Assembly: GCA_029855935.1 (NCBI GenBank)
Contig: JAGSHN010000016.1
Span: 128,001-192,000, forward strand
Length of the DNA: 64,000 nt
From: Candidatus Thorarchaeota archaeon
GTDB lineage: Archaea > Asgardarchaeota > Thorarchaeia > Thorarchaeales > Thorarchaeaceae
Direction: 5' to 3'
In this document: piece after piece, positions 27,662 to 37,470 of the stretch
Numbering within the stretch: position 1 is the first letter of the stretch
Layout: every line of letters starts with the position of its first letter
The notes under the pieces: generated by a model
Seen by the model: only the letters and a program-made list of their open reading frames with translations
Databases searched by the model: none
What the model was told of the DNA's origin: nothing
Made by a program: the position numbers and the translations under genes

Positions 27662-29869
27662 CTATGTGGAGGCCGTCGTGGCCGCGGCAACGGGGGCGGC
27701 CGCTTCGGGCGTTGCCCCGCCAGTGCCGGCGATTGGACTCGTGAACCTACGTGTGACGGTATAGGGTCGGAAGGGGATGCCCCCAGCGTGATAGAACTTT
27801 GAGAACCACTCCACAAAGTGCAGACGGAGTGTGTGCATAAACGCGGCCAGTCCCTCAAGAATACCGACAACAAACGTACCTATGATGGCGCCACCCAGGG
27901 GCAGGAACGGCTGGACAAGCTCGCCGTGATGCCACACCTGAGCCGGGACTATCTCGACCCCAAAGAGTGACACATGCGGGAAGGGTATCTCGATGATTGC
28001 TGGGACCATCTGCATGAACAGGCCACTCAGGATGAGGTGGACGATGTTGAGTGCGAAGATTCGCGCATAGCTCACAGTGTGGCTGATCATACCAATCGAG
28101 TACTCGAGATACTCCACAACACCATCCATCTTGCCCATAAAGGAGGCCACAGTCATTATTACCAGTGGAACAAAGAGGAACAGAATAGTGAAGTTGAGGG
28201 CGCTGATGGGGAGAACTGGGTAGACACCATTGTCACCTGAGCCGTGACCGATACCGACGAGTGGAATCCAGAGTGCGACCCTTCGATTGGGGTCAAACCA
28301 CGGGTTGATACTGGTGGTGCTCACTCCAAAGAGAAGATTGACAAAGCCGAGGTACATCCAGACGTAGGCCAGTGCGACAACAGCCCCTCTTATCTCCCTG
28401 TGCTTCAGTCTGTTGTAGAGGTTGAGGAGGATCCCCATCGTCATCTGTACAATGCCCACCTCAATGGCGAGCTTGAGGAGATGAACGGTCCGATACGGGT
28501 TGGTTGACCCATCCTCGAGAGTGTGAGAGAATACTGGCCATATCGGTTCTATGACAGTTTCTGCTCCAAAGAAGCTACCAAACAGAAGGCCCCCTATCAT
28601 AGAGAAAATGCCCATCATAATGAGGCCCGATGCGCCCGTCTGGAGATATCCAAGAACGCCGCCCCAGTCCACGCCCTTCCGCTTCGAGTTCCAGGCAATG
28701 ATTCCTATGAGCATCACGATGAAGCCCTGTCCCACATCCGCAAATATGAGGCCGAAGATGAGCGGAAAGGTGAGCCACATTATCTTGGTCGGGTCGATGT
28801 CGTGTCTTGAGGGAACACCATAGGCCGCGACCACCTCTTCGGTCGGCCTCATAAACGAGGGATTGTCAAGGTACGTCGGTGCGTCGTACTCGGAGAAATC
28901 GGGATGTTGAATTGTCAGCTCGAACGCATCTCCGACGCGTCGCCTCAGTATCTCTCGTAGTTTCTCAGCCTTCGCCTCCGGAATCCAGCCCCAGACCTTC
29001 AGTGCCTGCCTTGTGAAGACCACATAGTTCTTGATATTGATCCTGCGTTCCTCAATCTCCATCTGCTCCCAAGCAGCAAGAATCCTTGGGCCCCACTCCT
29101 TCGCTATCAGGCTCTTGCGCCGTTCGAGGAGGTCAATCTTCTTCTCTAGCTCCTCTATCTTCTCTGTAGCCTGTGCTATTATCCTATCAGGCTTTCCCTC
29201 TGTCCCCTCGGGTACGACAAACGGGTCAAAGCCGAGGGCCGTGAAGATTCTCTCTACGGCATTCTTGGTCTCGATGGGAACTGTCACCACAGCGACAGCA
29301 CGCCTCTTGCTCACGGCCACCGAGCGCATTGCGAAGGAGCCGTCGGTGACCTCACGGATGGTCCATTCCAGCTTCGACACGCTGTCTCTCGCGATTGTAC
29401 CCGCCTGAGTGAATGTGTGCTCGCTCTCTCCGAGGCGTTCGACGCTTATACTCAGGGGCTCGAGTGACACCGCCACATCGAGTATGTTCCTCTGTGCCTG
29501 GAGGTCCATTCGTGCGACAGCGAGTTCGTGGTCGATGTCCTGTACCTCTCCCTCGACAGCCTTCAGCACATCATTTGTCATCTTGAGGCAGTTTGTCAGG
29601 TCGGACTCATCAAACTCAATCCTGTGTCCAGTCCCGCGTCCTGTGTCGAGGCCAAGTGCGGACACCACATTTGAGATCCGCTGGTGAAGCGCTACTACCG
29701 CCTCCTCGTCGCTGCTCTTCTTCACCTCGAGGACCCCGACCTGATGCCTGAGGTCTATGAACTCGAACAGCCCGAACTCTTCAATTGACAGCAGTACCTC
29801 GCGTTCAAGATCCTTATGGGCGACTATGCGGGCGACAGCCATTGGTGCCGGAGAGATAGAGAGGGCCAT
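27662..29869 (-). CDS. atpI: A/V-type ATP synthase subunit I (a)
   Basis: 'YGVP...IDPT', 'FGLIFADVGQG', essential Arg in 'SHTVSYARIFAL', 'HTLRLHFVEWFSKFY..GG.PF.P'. Confidence 0.95.
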   Translation of the reverse strand: MALSISPAPMAVARIVAHKDLEREVLLSIEEFGLFEFIDLRHQVGVLEVKKSSDEEAVVALHQRISNVVSALGLDTGRGTGHRIEFDESDLTNCLKMTNDVLKAVEGEVQDIDHELAVARMDLQAQRNILDVAVSLEPLSISVERLGESEHTFTQAGTIARDSVSKLEWTIREVTDGSFAMRSVAVSKRRAVAVVTVPIETKNAVERIFTALGFDPFVVPEGTEGKPDRIIAQATEKIEELEKKIDLLERRKSLIAKEWGPRILAAWEQMEIEERRINIKNYVVFTRQALKVWGWIPEAKAEKLREILRRRVGDAFELTIQHPDFSEYDAPTYLDNPSFMRPTEEVVAAYGVPSRHDIDPTKIMWLTFPLIFGLIFADVGQGFIVMLIGIIAWNSKRKGVDWGGVLGYLQTGASGLIMMGIFSMIGGLLFGSFFGAETVIEPIWPVFSHTLEDGSTNPYRTVHLLKLAIEVGIVQMTMGILLNLYNRLKHREIRGAVVALAYVWMYLGFVNLLFGVSTTSINPWFDPNRRVALWIPLVGIGHGSGDNGVYPVLPISALNFTILFLFVPLVIMTVASFMGKMDGVVEYLEYSIGMISHTVSYARIFALNIVHLILSGLFMQMVPAIIEIPFPHVSLFGVEIVPAQVWHHGELVQPFLPLGGAIIGTFVVGILEGLAAFMHTLRLHFVEWFSKFYHAGGIPFRPYTVTRRFTSPIAGTGGATPEAAAPVAAATTAST

Positions 29870-30110
29870 TCGTGCGTATCACCTTGCCAGAAGCGTATGT
29901 CCTGTACATGTGCTGAGTGTATGTGAGTCAGCGAGCCAAGCTCCCTGCGTACCTGAGTCGTCTTGAGCCTCTGGACACTACTGATAAAGATTATGACATG
30001 GACTGTTCAGACTCCTCTCGCGTGTAGGGACTACATACAGTGACCCCAGCCGAATCTTTATCAAGGATGCATCTGGGCTGAGCAGGTCATTGTTGCAGAG
30101 GATGCGGGCT

Positions 30111-30440
30111 ATGGAGACGACTGACGACGCACTTGACAGGATTGGCGCCGCAGAAGATGAGGCCCAGAAGCGGATAGAGGCCGCCGAGCAGCAGGCCAGA
30201 GAGATTCGCGAAAAGACGAGGGCTGAGGTCAAGGCAATCCTGGAGCACGCCGAGACCGAGGGGAAGCAGAGGGCCTCCAAGATACGTGCGGAGGTCGAGA
30301 AGGCCTCGAAGGCTGCTGTGGCCAAGATTGAACGTCAGACTGAGGAGCAGGTTCAGCAGCTCCGTGAGAACGCTGAGAAGAAGATGGATGATGTCATCGA
30401 GATGGCGATGAGGATTATTCTGGGGGATGAGTCGCAGTGA
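30111..30440 (+). CDS. atpH: A/V-type ATP synthase subunit H (G), peripheral stalk
   Basis: 'ALDRIGAAEDEAQKRIEAA' charged helix ending 'AMRIILG'; coupled to subunit E. Confidence 0.8.
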   Translation: METTDDALDRIGAAEDEAQKRIEAAEQQAREIREKTRAEVKAILEHAETEGKQRASKIRAEVEKASKAAVAKIERQTEEQVQQLRENAEKKMDDVIEMAMRIILGDESQ

Positions 30441-31054
30441 GTGGAGTCGACGGCATCATCGAGATGATCAACAGGAAGACCGAGCAGCGTGTCAACGAGA
30501 TACTTCAGAAGGCGAAGGACACAAGGGCCAAGAAGATAGAGCAGGCCAAGGCTGACGCACAGCGCAGGGTTGAGGAGATCGAGGCAGCAGCGCGTCGCGA
30601 GGCGCAGAACGAGGCGCGGCGCAGGGAGGCGGGGGCCAGACTGCGGGCGAAACGCAGAATCCTCGAGGCGAAGAACGAGATGATCCAGAGTGTGATGGAG
30701 AGCCTAGAGGAGCGGCTGGTGACTCTTCCCGAGTCTGATCGTTATGAGGATATCCTGCTTCGATTCATTGTGGAGGGCGCGGAGGCACTTGGTCTTGACG
30801 AGCTCGAGCTTGTCATTCCCGAGGGTCATCAGAAGTACGTCAACCTGCAAGCAGCGGCAAAGGCCATCAAGAAGGCCACAGGACGCTCCGTCCGCCTCAC
30901 AGTGAGCGATGAGTCGGTACGTTCGAAGGGCGGAGTGATCATCAGGTCCAAGGACGGCAGGAAATGGGTCGACAACACATTCGAGGCCCGACTGGAACGA
31001 ATGGGTCCCGCAATCCGAGATGCGGTGGCGATGAGGCTCTTTGGTCCATCGTGA
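30437..31054 (+). CDS. atpE: A/V-type ATP synthase subunit E
   Basis: N-terminal coiled coil; 'GGVII.S.DG...VDNTFEARL...LF'. Confidence 0.92.
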   Translation: MSGVDGIIEMINRKTEQRVNEILQKAKDTRAKKIEQAKADAQRRVEEIEAAARREAQNEARRREAGARLRAKRRILEAKNEMIQSVMESLEERLVTLPESDRYEDILLRFIVEGAEALGLDELELVIPEGHQKYVNLQAAAKAIKKATGRSVRLTVSDESVRSKGGVIIRSKDGRKWVDNTFEARLERMGPAIRDAVAMRLFGPS

Positions 31055-31094
31055 CTCACGACAAGCAAGGGCGGCCCCTCCCTGTTCGTGAGTC
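31053..31094 (+). terminator. Stem-loop right after the subunit E stop
   Basis: Perfect 9-bp inverted repeat GACTCACGA (31053-31061) / TCGTGAGTC (31086-31094). Confidence 0.35.
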
Positions 31095-31386
31095 CTGAGC
31101 AGAGGTCTCGCTGGGAGAAGGAAACTGGCGGGTGGTCTGTCCTCTTAGTGGCTACCTGCCGGAGAAACAGCACTATCTAGAGTACTAGAACTTCACTCAA
31201 CCGAAACAGGAGATGGTAGTGGAGGAACCCCCGCCGCCTCTGCAGATAGGCAGTCGATTGTTACAAGTCTGCCCCTGTATCGCCCATCAAGGGGAGTGAC
31301 GGACACGCCCCAGGGCCAATGTCACGTCGGATGTTTCTCCCTATTGGACTCAGGTGGTTCATCAGGACGCGATTCACGACACCATC

Positions 31387-31779
31387 TCAATGCGCTATGA
31401 TTACCTGCAGGTAGCCGAGAAGCATGTACGCGATGACGAAGCCGTAGATTGCAACGACCTCGATGAACACGACGTAGAGAATGCTCTTACCGAAGGTCTC
31501 GGGCTTCTCGGTGATGGCACCTAGCGCCGCAGCAGACGCTGTTCCCATACCGAGCCCAGCGCCGATACCAGCGAGTCCGACGGCCAGTCCTGCAGCGATG
31601 GCAATACCGCTTATCGCCGTCCCGGAGCTGTCTGTGGTGGTTTCTTGGAGCGGCATCACGCCGCTGCTCGCGACTGGGCTTGCGTAGACTGGGATGAGGA
31701 TGAGTGCCATTGCAAGGGCAAACACTAGATACAATCCCGCAAACATCAACAGGCTTCTGAGTCGTTCTGTCATCTCCAT
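31387..31779 (-). CDS. atpK: A/V-type ATP synthase proteolipid subunit K (c) with N-terminal extra hydrophobic segment
   Basis: 'GLAGIGAGLGMG..SAAALGAITEKPETFGK' and the ion-binding Glu in 'FIEVVAIYG'. Confidence 0.93.
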   Translation of the reverse strand: MEMTERLRSLLMFAGLYLVFALAMALILIPVYASPVASSGVMPLQETTTDSSGTAISGIAIAAGLAVGLAGIGAGLGMGTASAAALGAITEKPETFGKSILYVVFIEVVAIYGFVIAYMLLGYLQVIIAH

Positions 31780-31793
31780 TCGTTCTTACCTCC

Positions 31794-32861
31794 TCAAAAC
31801 ATAGTTATCATTCGTCTTATTGTCTTCGGGGGCTCCCCTCTCTCTATTCCCACGGCGATAGACCGGATGTTGCGAATCTCGTAGTACTTCAGGCCGAAGA
31901 ACCCGAAGATTGTGCCCAGCTGGAATGGATATCCGACCATCTGGATTCTGGTGCGCTGAGCCAGGTAGTCCTCCACGGCAATCTCCACATCGGCGAGGTT
32001 CTGCTCCTCACCGTAGACGCGTGCCAGTCGGGACGCCAGGTCTGCGTACCTTGTGGACTCGAGCCTTGCAAACACCTCTCTCCAGTTACTCCTCCCGCGC
32101 ATTGACTGAGAAATGGCGTCTGTCGTCGCTGAGAACCTAATCAGGCTGAGGCCGATAATGTCTTCACTGAGCTTCAGGCGCATCGCGCGCAGCACCGTCA
32201 GCAGGTTGCGCAGGATCACACGCGCCTCGAGCAGCCCGCGAATCCTCTGCTGGTCGGCCATAGGGAACCTGCTGAGCGACTTGAGGATGTTCCTCAGGCC
32301 CCACTCCTCAAGGGCGACCTCAAGAGGGGCCGTGGAATTGTACTGCTCGTATGCCGGCAGTCGGGTGAGCAGAGCAAGTCGCATATCGGTCAGCGGTATC
32401 AGGTCTATCAGCCTGTCGACGGAGCCGGCATCCGCCAGCCTCTGGAACAGGACCTCTTCCTCAGGCGAGGTCGAGACCGCATAGCGGAGTATCTCCTCAC
32501 GCTCGAGTCCCACGTGTACTCCTCTAAGGACTGACTTGACGCTCTCAGCGTGGAGCAGATGGAGATAGCTCTCAGCGAAGTCGCGCACTCTACCCGTCAG
32601 GCTCTTCCCCACACTGTGGACAGTGTCTGCGAAGTGTCTCGCCAGAATCAGGCCGAGGTCCTCAGGATAGGGCACTCCAACGATGTGCGCCTCGCTGATG
32701 ATGGGTCCATAGGCCGTCGCCATCAAGGTCTTTACAAAGTCCTCATACGTCGGCACCTGTAGCAGACGCTCGTAGTCGCTGACGGTCAGGAGCAGAGACT
32801 TCATGCCCCTGATCCGAGCGTTGACAAATGCGAGCTCGTTTACTGCCTTGGAGGACATCAC
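31794..32861 (-). CDS. atpC: A/V-type ATP synthase subunit C (d)
   Basis: 'FVNARIRGMKS.LL...DYERL', 'YEIRNIRSIA.G'. Confidence 0.92.
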   Translation of the reverse strand: MMSSKAVNELAFVNARIRGMKSLLLTVSDYERLLQVPTYEDFVKTLMATAYGPIISEAHIVGVPYPEDLGLILARHFADTVHSVGKSLTGRVRDFAESYLHLLHAESVKSVLRGVHVGLEREEILRYAVSTSPEEEVLFQRLADAGSVDRLIDLIPLTDMRLALLTRLPAYEQYNSTAPLEVALEEWGLRNILKSLSRFPMADQQRIRGLLEARVILRNLLTVLRAMRLKLSEDIIGLSLIRFSATTDAISQSMRGRSNWREVFARLESTRYADLASRLARVYGEEQNLADVEIAVEDYLAQRTRIQMVGYPFQLGTIFGFFGLKYYEIRNIRSIAVGIERGEPPKTIRRMITMF

Positions 32862-33000
32862 TCTTGACCTGCCGACTACCGGTCCATCGGTGATATGCAG
32901 CGGACCGGGGCCTCACGTTATAAGCTTGACGACCTGTCACCAGTCGCCTCCACTGTCACAGCTGAAAAAGGTATTAGCCGGAACGCGCAATACCTCCTGC

Positions 33001-33408
33001 ATGCCACAGGACGACGAGCGAGAAGAGAGGTCCCGGTCAGAACGGCCACCATCGCATCTACGTAGCGATGAGCCCCGAGACACGCAGCCCACGGAGGAGG
33101 GTCGGGGCATTGGATCGTTCGGCCGCTGGTTCGCCATCGCCAGTGAGCTACCCTGCGCGGTCATCTCCCTGATGCTGGTCGGTCAGGTCATCGGGCAGGC
33201 ACTCGGCGGGCTGCAGGGTGGCAATACTGGTGCGCTGATCGGGGTGTTTGCTGGCCTTCTCTTCGGCACCTATAGCGTGTACGTCACCGCGCAACGCCTT
33301 CAGGAGGCGGAAGAGCGCTCTCGCATACGCAGACGGTACGTACCACCAATTGAGGAGATACTGGAGGAGCCCGAGTTTCTCAGGGAGCCAAAGCCCGAGG
33401 AGGAGTGA
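33001..33408 (+). CDS. AtpZ/AtpI-like two-TM protein
   Basis: 'ASELPCAVISLMLVGQVIG...ALIGVFAGLLFGTYSVY' resembles the ATPase gene-1 pattern; divergent from subunit C; start ATG 33001. Confidence 0.55.
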   Translation: MPQDDEREERSRSERPPSHLRSDEPRDTQPTEEGRGIGSFGRWFAIASELPCAVISLMLVGQVIGQALGGLQGGNTGALIGVFAGLLFGTYSVYVTAQRLQEAEERSRIRRRYVPPIEEILEEPEFLREPKPEEE

Positions 33409-33414
33409 GGCGGC

Positions 33415-33996
33415 TCACTCACGGAACTCTGAGTCGTCATCCATGTCAAGGACCTCGATGACGACTCTCGTGGCAGTGCGTCCGACTACGGCAATGACAA
33501 TCTGAATGAGCAGCGATATCACAAAGGCGCCGAGCGCCAGCCCGAAGATCCTCAGTGAGATTGAGCTCAGCGATGCAGCCCACGGTGTCAGAATCGCCTT
33601 GTCGACGAGGTACCACGAGTAGATGCCCGTGACCACCATCAGTATCACGAGGATGCCGTATGTATACATCACTGCCTTGACTCTCGGGGTGTCCCTGGGA
33701 ACGCTGTCCAGTCCTGGTCCGACGACCACATCTCCAATTCGTCCTGAGAGACGTACAAAGGCCCCGAAGGCAGCGAGGAAGACCAGGAGGGTGACTATGA
33801 TACCGACCAGAAGTAGCAGCACCTGTAGGTCCGGGTCTATGGCGCCCAGTGAGCCTCCAATGAGGTAGGCAACGATCGCGCCGAGCATCACGACCGCGGA
33901 GACTATCTCTATCGTCAGAGTCACCTTTGCTGACTGACGGAATATCCTGCTGATGTTGAAGGTCGCCCTTCCACTGTCGTCTCTGGCGCCGCACAT
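33415..33996 (-). CDS. Four-TM membrane protein of unknown function
   Basis: Four hydrophobic helices, acidic C-terminus. Confidence 0.7.
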   Translation of the reverse strand: MCGARDDSGRATFNISRIFRQSAKVTLTIEIVSAVVMLGAIVAYLIGGSLGAIDPDLQVLLLLVGIIVTLLVFLAAFGAFVRLSGRIGDVVVGPGLDSVPRDTPRVKAVMYTYGILVILMVVTGIYSWYLVDKAILTPWAASLSSISLRIFGLALGAFVISLLIQIVIAVVGRTATRVVIEVLDMDDDSEFRE

Positions 33997-34177
33997 GTCT
34001 CATCCACCTCGACCTACGGTGCGGGTCCTCTCTTTTGAATGCTTCTCCGGTGGGCTCTACGACTTCACCTCTGAGTGCGAATCAGCGTTCATACTGGCCG
34101 GGAGGCGACCGCTGGCGGGTGCCCCAGGCCGAAGGCTTTTCTGTCTATGCGACAACTGAGCGTCAGAGGAATGTGCT

Positions 34178-35464
34178 GTGCGAGTACCAGTGACCTATGG
34201 CGACGGGAAGATTGAGCTTGAGATTCCCGAGGAGAGTCTTGTTGACGTGATCACGCCGAGGCCGACCGAATTCGTACCCGACCTGGAGGCAGAGCTCCAG
34301 CGCGTATTGGACAATCCCCACGGTCCGCATCTTGAGGACCTGGTCCGGAGCAAGAGCGTCTGCGTCCTTGTGGAGGACCACACGCGGGACGAGCCTCACG
34401 AGGAGCTGATCAATGCGGTGGCCCCGCGCCTGCGTGACGCCAACGTTGTCCAGTTCATTGTGACGACTGGTTCTCACGTCGTAGACCACCCCTTGAATCA
34501 TCGCATCGTCGAGCTCATCCACAAGGCTGCTCGTGCGGCGCGTCTGCACAACTACCGTGTGAAGATTCACGACTGCTACGAGGAGGGAATGGTCGACCTC
34601 GGTCGGACCAGTCGAGGCACACCCGTTCTGGTGAATGGTGACGCCGTGGGTCACGATGTCTATGTCGTGCTGGCGGACATGAAGGCGCACTACTTCGCGG
34701 GCTACTCGAACGCGCTCAAGGACTTCCTGCCCGGTGTCTGTGCCTTCGAGACAATTGAGGCCAATCACTCAATGGCGCTAGACGCGCGCTCGACATTCGG
34801 CACGCACCCCTATCATCCGGACCCTGCAAGAAGGGACAATCCTCTCGCAGACGACATGCGGGAGGCAATGGAGATGATCACCCGTGACGCACGAGTGTTC
34901 ACTCTCTCTGTTGTGACATCTGGCGGGAGGTTGGTCTGGGCCGATGCGGGTGAGCCATGTCCGGTCATTGCCAGAGGCATAGAGGTACTGGATGAGACCT
35001 CCGCCTTCGTCGTTGATCCTGTGCCGCGGATTGTGGTCTCTCCGGGCGGCTATCCTCAGGACAAGAGCCTGTACCACGCGCAGCGGGCTCTGGAGCTGAC
35101 AAAGAATGCCGTGCTTGACGGAGGCGAGATACTGTTCATCGCAGAGTGCAGGGATGGTGTCGCCCCCGAGAAGGCGGTGGAGAACTTCTACAACAAGCTG
35201 ACCGCTCCTCTCGACGAGGTGATCGAGGGGATCAGAGGCAAGTATCACCTCTACGAGCACAAGGCCTACAAGTTCGCCGAGCTTCTCAAGAGGGTCTCCG
35301 CTGTCAAGATGTATACGAGACTGGATCGCGAGACTGTCGAGGCCGCTCATCTTCAGTGGGTGCAGGACCCACAGGCCGTCATCGACGAGTGGATGAGAGA
35401 GGACCCGAACGTGAAGATCCTCGTGCTCGACAAGGGCAACAAGATGGCCATATACGCCAGCTAG
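34178..35464 (+). CDS. larA: Nickel-pincer-dependent lactate racemase (LarA) family protein
   Basis: 'DHTR', 'TGSH', 'HYFAGYS...K.FLPG', 'EANH', 'GGYPQD..LYHAQRAL', 'ECRDG'. Confidence 0.88.
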   Translation: MRVPVTYGDGKIELEIPEESLVDVITPRPTEFVPDLEAELQRVLDNPHGPHLEDLVRSKSVCVLVEDHTRDEPHEELINAVAPRLRDANVVQFIVTTGSHVVDHPLNHRIVELIHKAARAARLHNYRVKIHDCYEEGMVDLGRTSRGTPVLVNGDAVGHDVYVVLADMKAHYFAGYSNALKDFLPGVCAFETIEANHSMALDARSTFGTHPYHPDPARRDNPLADDMREAMEMITRDARVFTLSVVTSGGRLVWADAGEPCPVIARGIEVLDETSAFVVDPVPRIVVSPGGYPQDKSLYHAQRALELTKNAVLDGGEILFIAECRDGVAPEKAVENFYNKLTAPLDEVIEGIRGKYHLYEHKAYKFAELLKRVSAVKMYTRLDRETVEAAHLQWVQDPQAVIDEWMREDPNVKILVLDKGNKMAIYAS

Positions 35465-35478
35465 GCGCGTCGGACACC

Positions 35479-37005
35479 TCAGTCCCATCGTATGTCCGCG
35501 ATGCTCTGATACAGTCGCCGATATCTCTCGAATGCCCTGTCGTAGACCTCTCTCCTGTCGGGAACGGGCTCGAGCCGCGAGCGGAGTCGCACCATCTCCC
35601 CTGCCGCCTCGCGGACGTCACTGAAGAGACCCACGCCAGTCGCTGCAAGAATCGCTGCGCCCAGTGCTGTTGCCTCTCCCACCTCTGTCCTGATGACGGG
35701 CACTCCGAGCACATCTGCCTGGATCTGCATCCAGATATCGCTCTTTGCAGCACCGCCTGTGACACGCATCTCAGAGACATCGAGTCCCAGTGAGCGAACG
35801 ACATCAAGGTTGGTCCGGATCTCATACGCCACGCCCTCAAGTATGGCCCGGATGAGATGGGCCCGTGTGTGACCGAGGGCGAGACCTGCAAAGACCCCTC
35901 TCGCATATGGGTTCCAGTACGGCGCACCAGCACCGACAAAGTGCGGGATGTGTATCACACCCTCCGCCCCGGGCGGTACCTTCTCTGCACGCTGTGCCAT
36001 CACATCGTACGGATCGGCGCCTCGTTCCTCGGCCTCCTCGCACTCCTCGCGGCCAAGGTTGTCGCGGAACCATCTCAGAGCAGACCCCGTGGTGAACATA
36101 CTGGCCTCCACCACAAACGAGTCACCGACGACATGTCTGCTGCACAGGAGGCGCATCTCAGGGTCGAGCCGCGGTGAGTCCGAGTATGCCAGCATGAACG
36201 TCCCAGTGCCTGTCGTGGTCTTGATCATCCCCTCCTTGACGACTCCGACACCAAGGGCCGCGCACTGCTGATCCCCACCGCCCGCCACAACAGGAGTGCC
36301 CTCAGCCAGACCACAGTGTCTCGCGGCATCTCCTGTCAGCTCGCCGACAATCGTACCGGGTCGCACTGGCTCGGGGAGCTTCTCCTCCGGGATGCCCAGC
36401 GCCTCCAGCATCCTGTCTGACCACTGCGCCCTCTTGATGTCGAAGAGCATGGTCCTGCTGGCATTGGAATAGTCCGTCACAGTGCGTCCCGTCATCTTCA
36501 GGACCACAAAGTCGTGGACGAGGAGAAACTTGTGCGTCCGCTCGAACAGGTCGGGCTCGTTCTGCTTTATCCACAGTATCTTCGGGGCGCTGAAATATGG
36601 GTCGATTGTGAGGCCCGTTGTCCTGTAGACCTCCTCGCGGCCCAGGAGCTCCCGTATGTGGTCGCACTGTGGAACCGTCCGCCTGTCCTGCCACACAATT
36701 GCCCTGCGCAGCGGTCTCCCCTCTGCGTCTATCGGCACAATCGTCTCTCTCTGGTTGGTCACGCTGATCCCCGCAACATCGTGCGGGTCGAACGTGCCGG
36801 CCCTCATGACCTGTCCGACCACCTTGCAAGTGGTGGTCCACCAGTTTGGCGCCTCCTGCTCGACCCACGACGGGCTCGGGAAGAGGCTGTTGAACTCCTC
36901 ATAGGCGGATGCTAGGACAGCACCTGTGGTGTCGAAGAGCATTGCGCGGACGCCGGATGTGCCAACATCGATGGCAACAACGAGTCTCGTCACAGTCTGC
37001 CTCAC
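35479..37005 (-). CDS. FGGY carbohydrate kinase (xylulokinase/glycerol kinase-like)
   Basis: 'IDVGTSG', 'TNQRET', 'WQDRR', 'GGDQQ', 'GTGT', 'GGAAKS'. Confidence 0.92.
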   Translation of the reverse strand: MRQTVTRLVVAIDVGTSGVRAMLFDTTGAVLASAYEEFNSLFPSPSWVEQEAPNWWTTTCKVVGQVMRAGTFDPHDVAGISVTNQRETIVPIDAEGRPLRRAIVWQDRRTVPQCDHIRELLGREEVYRTTGLTIDPYFSAPKILWIKQNEPDLFERTHKFLLVHDFVVLKMTGRTVTDYSNASRTMLFDIKRAQWSDRMLEALGIPEEKLPEPVRPGTIVGELTGDAARHCGLAEGTPVVAGGGDQQCAALGVGVVKEGMIKTTTGTGTFMLAYSDSPRLDPEMRLLCSRHVVGDSFVVEASMFTTGSALRWFRDNLGREECEEAEERGADPYDVMAQRAEKVPPGAEGVIHIPHFVGAGAPYWNPYARGVFAGLALGHTRAHLIRAILEGVAYEIRTNLDVVRSLGLDVSEMRVTGGAAKSDIWMQIQADVLGVPVIRTEVGEATALGAAILAATGVGLFSDVREAAGEMVRLRSRLEPVPDRREVYDRAFERYRRLYQSIADIRWD

Positions 37006-37020
37006 CTGTTCTGTCGTTGT

Positions 37021-37359
37021 CTACGGAACGCGGGACGATGACCCGGATGGCGGTACTGGAGTCTCTGTGGCCTCCCGGTACTCCAGCTCGGTGGCTATCA
37101 CCTCTCTGATGTCTCTCCTCGGGCCGATGAGACTCATCTTCAGACGGCGGTTGCGCTGAATCTGTCTCTCGCGCCGGATTGCCTCGCTCCTCGTCCTAAA
37201 CTCCTCAAGGTGCACAACGTACTCCGGCCTGTGCATTCTCAGATACCGGGCTGACTTTGGTCCGCCCGACAGATGCTCAGAGAGACGACGGGCGAGGTCA
37301 TTTGTGTGACCCGTGTAGTACGTGCCGTCTGCGGTCTCGATTATGTAGACAAAGTACAT
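37021..37359 (-). CDS. GIY-YIG nuclease family protein (UPF0213/YhbQ-like)
   Basis: 'YFVYI....DGTYYTGHTNDL.RRL.EH', 'A.RRE.QI'. Confidence 0.9.
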   Translation of the reverse strand: MYFVYIIETADGTYYTGHTNDLARRLSEHLSGGPKSARYLRMHRPEYVVHLEEFRTRSEAIRRERQIQRNRRLKMSLIGPRRDIREVIATELEYREATETPVPPSGSSSRVP

Positions 37360-37470
37360 TGAGCCGCACGAGTGGGGAAACGAAGATAAAGGATACTGGG
37401 GTCATCCTGTCCCATCGCACGGCCCAGCGCTCTGCCAGCCTGTGCGGCTCCATATCGGGAGAGTAGGACT

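Noticed and set aside
37021-37359. GIY-YIG as a homing endonuclease or mobile element
   Set aside because: It is a short stand-alone YhbQ-type protein with no intron, intein or terminal repeats
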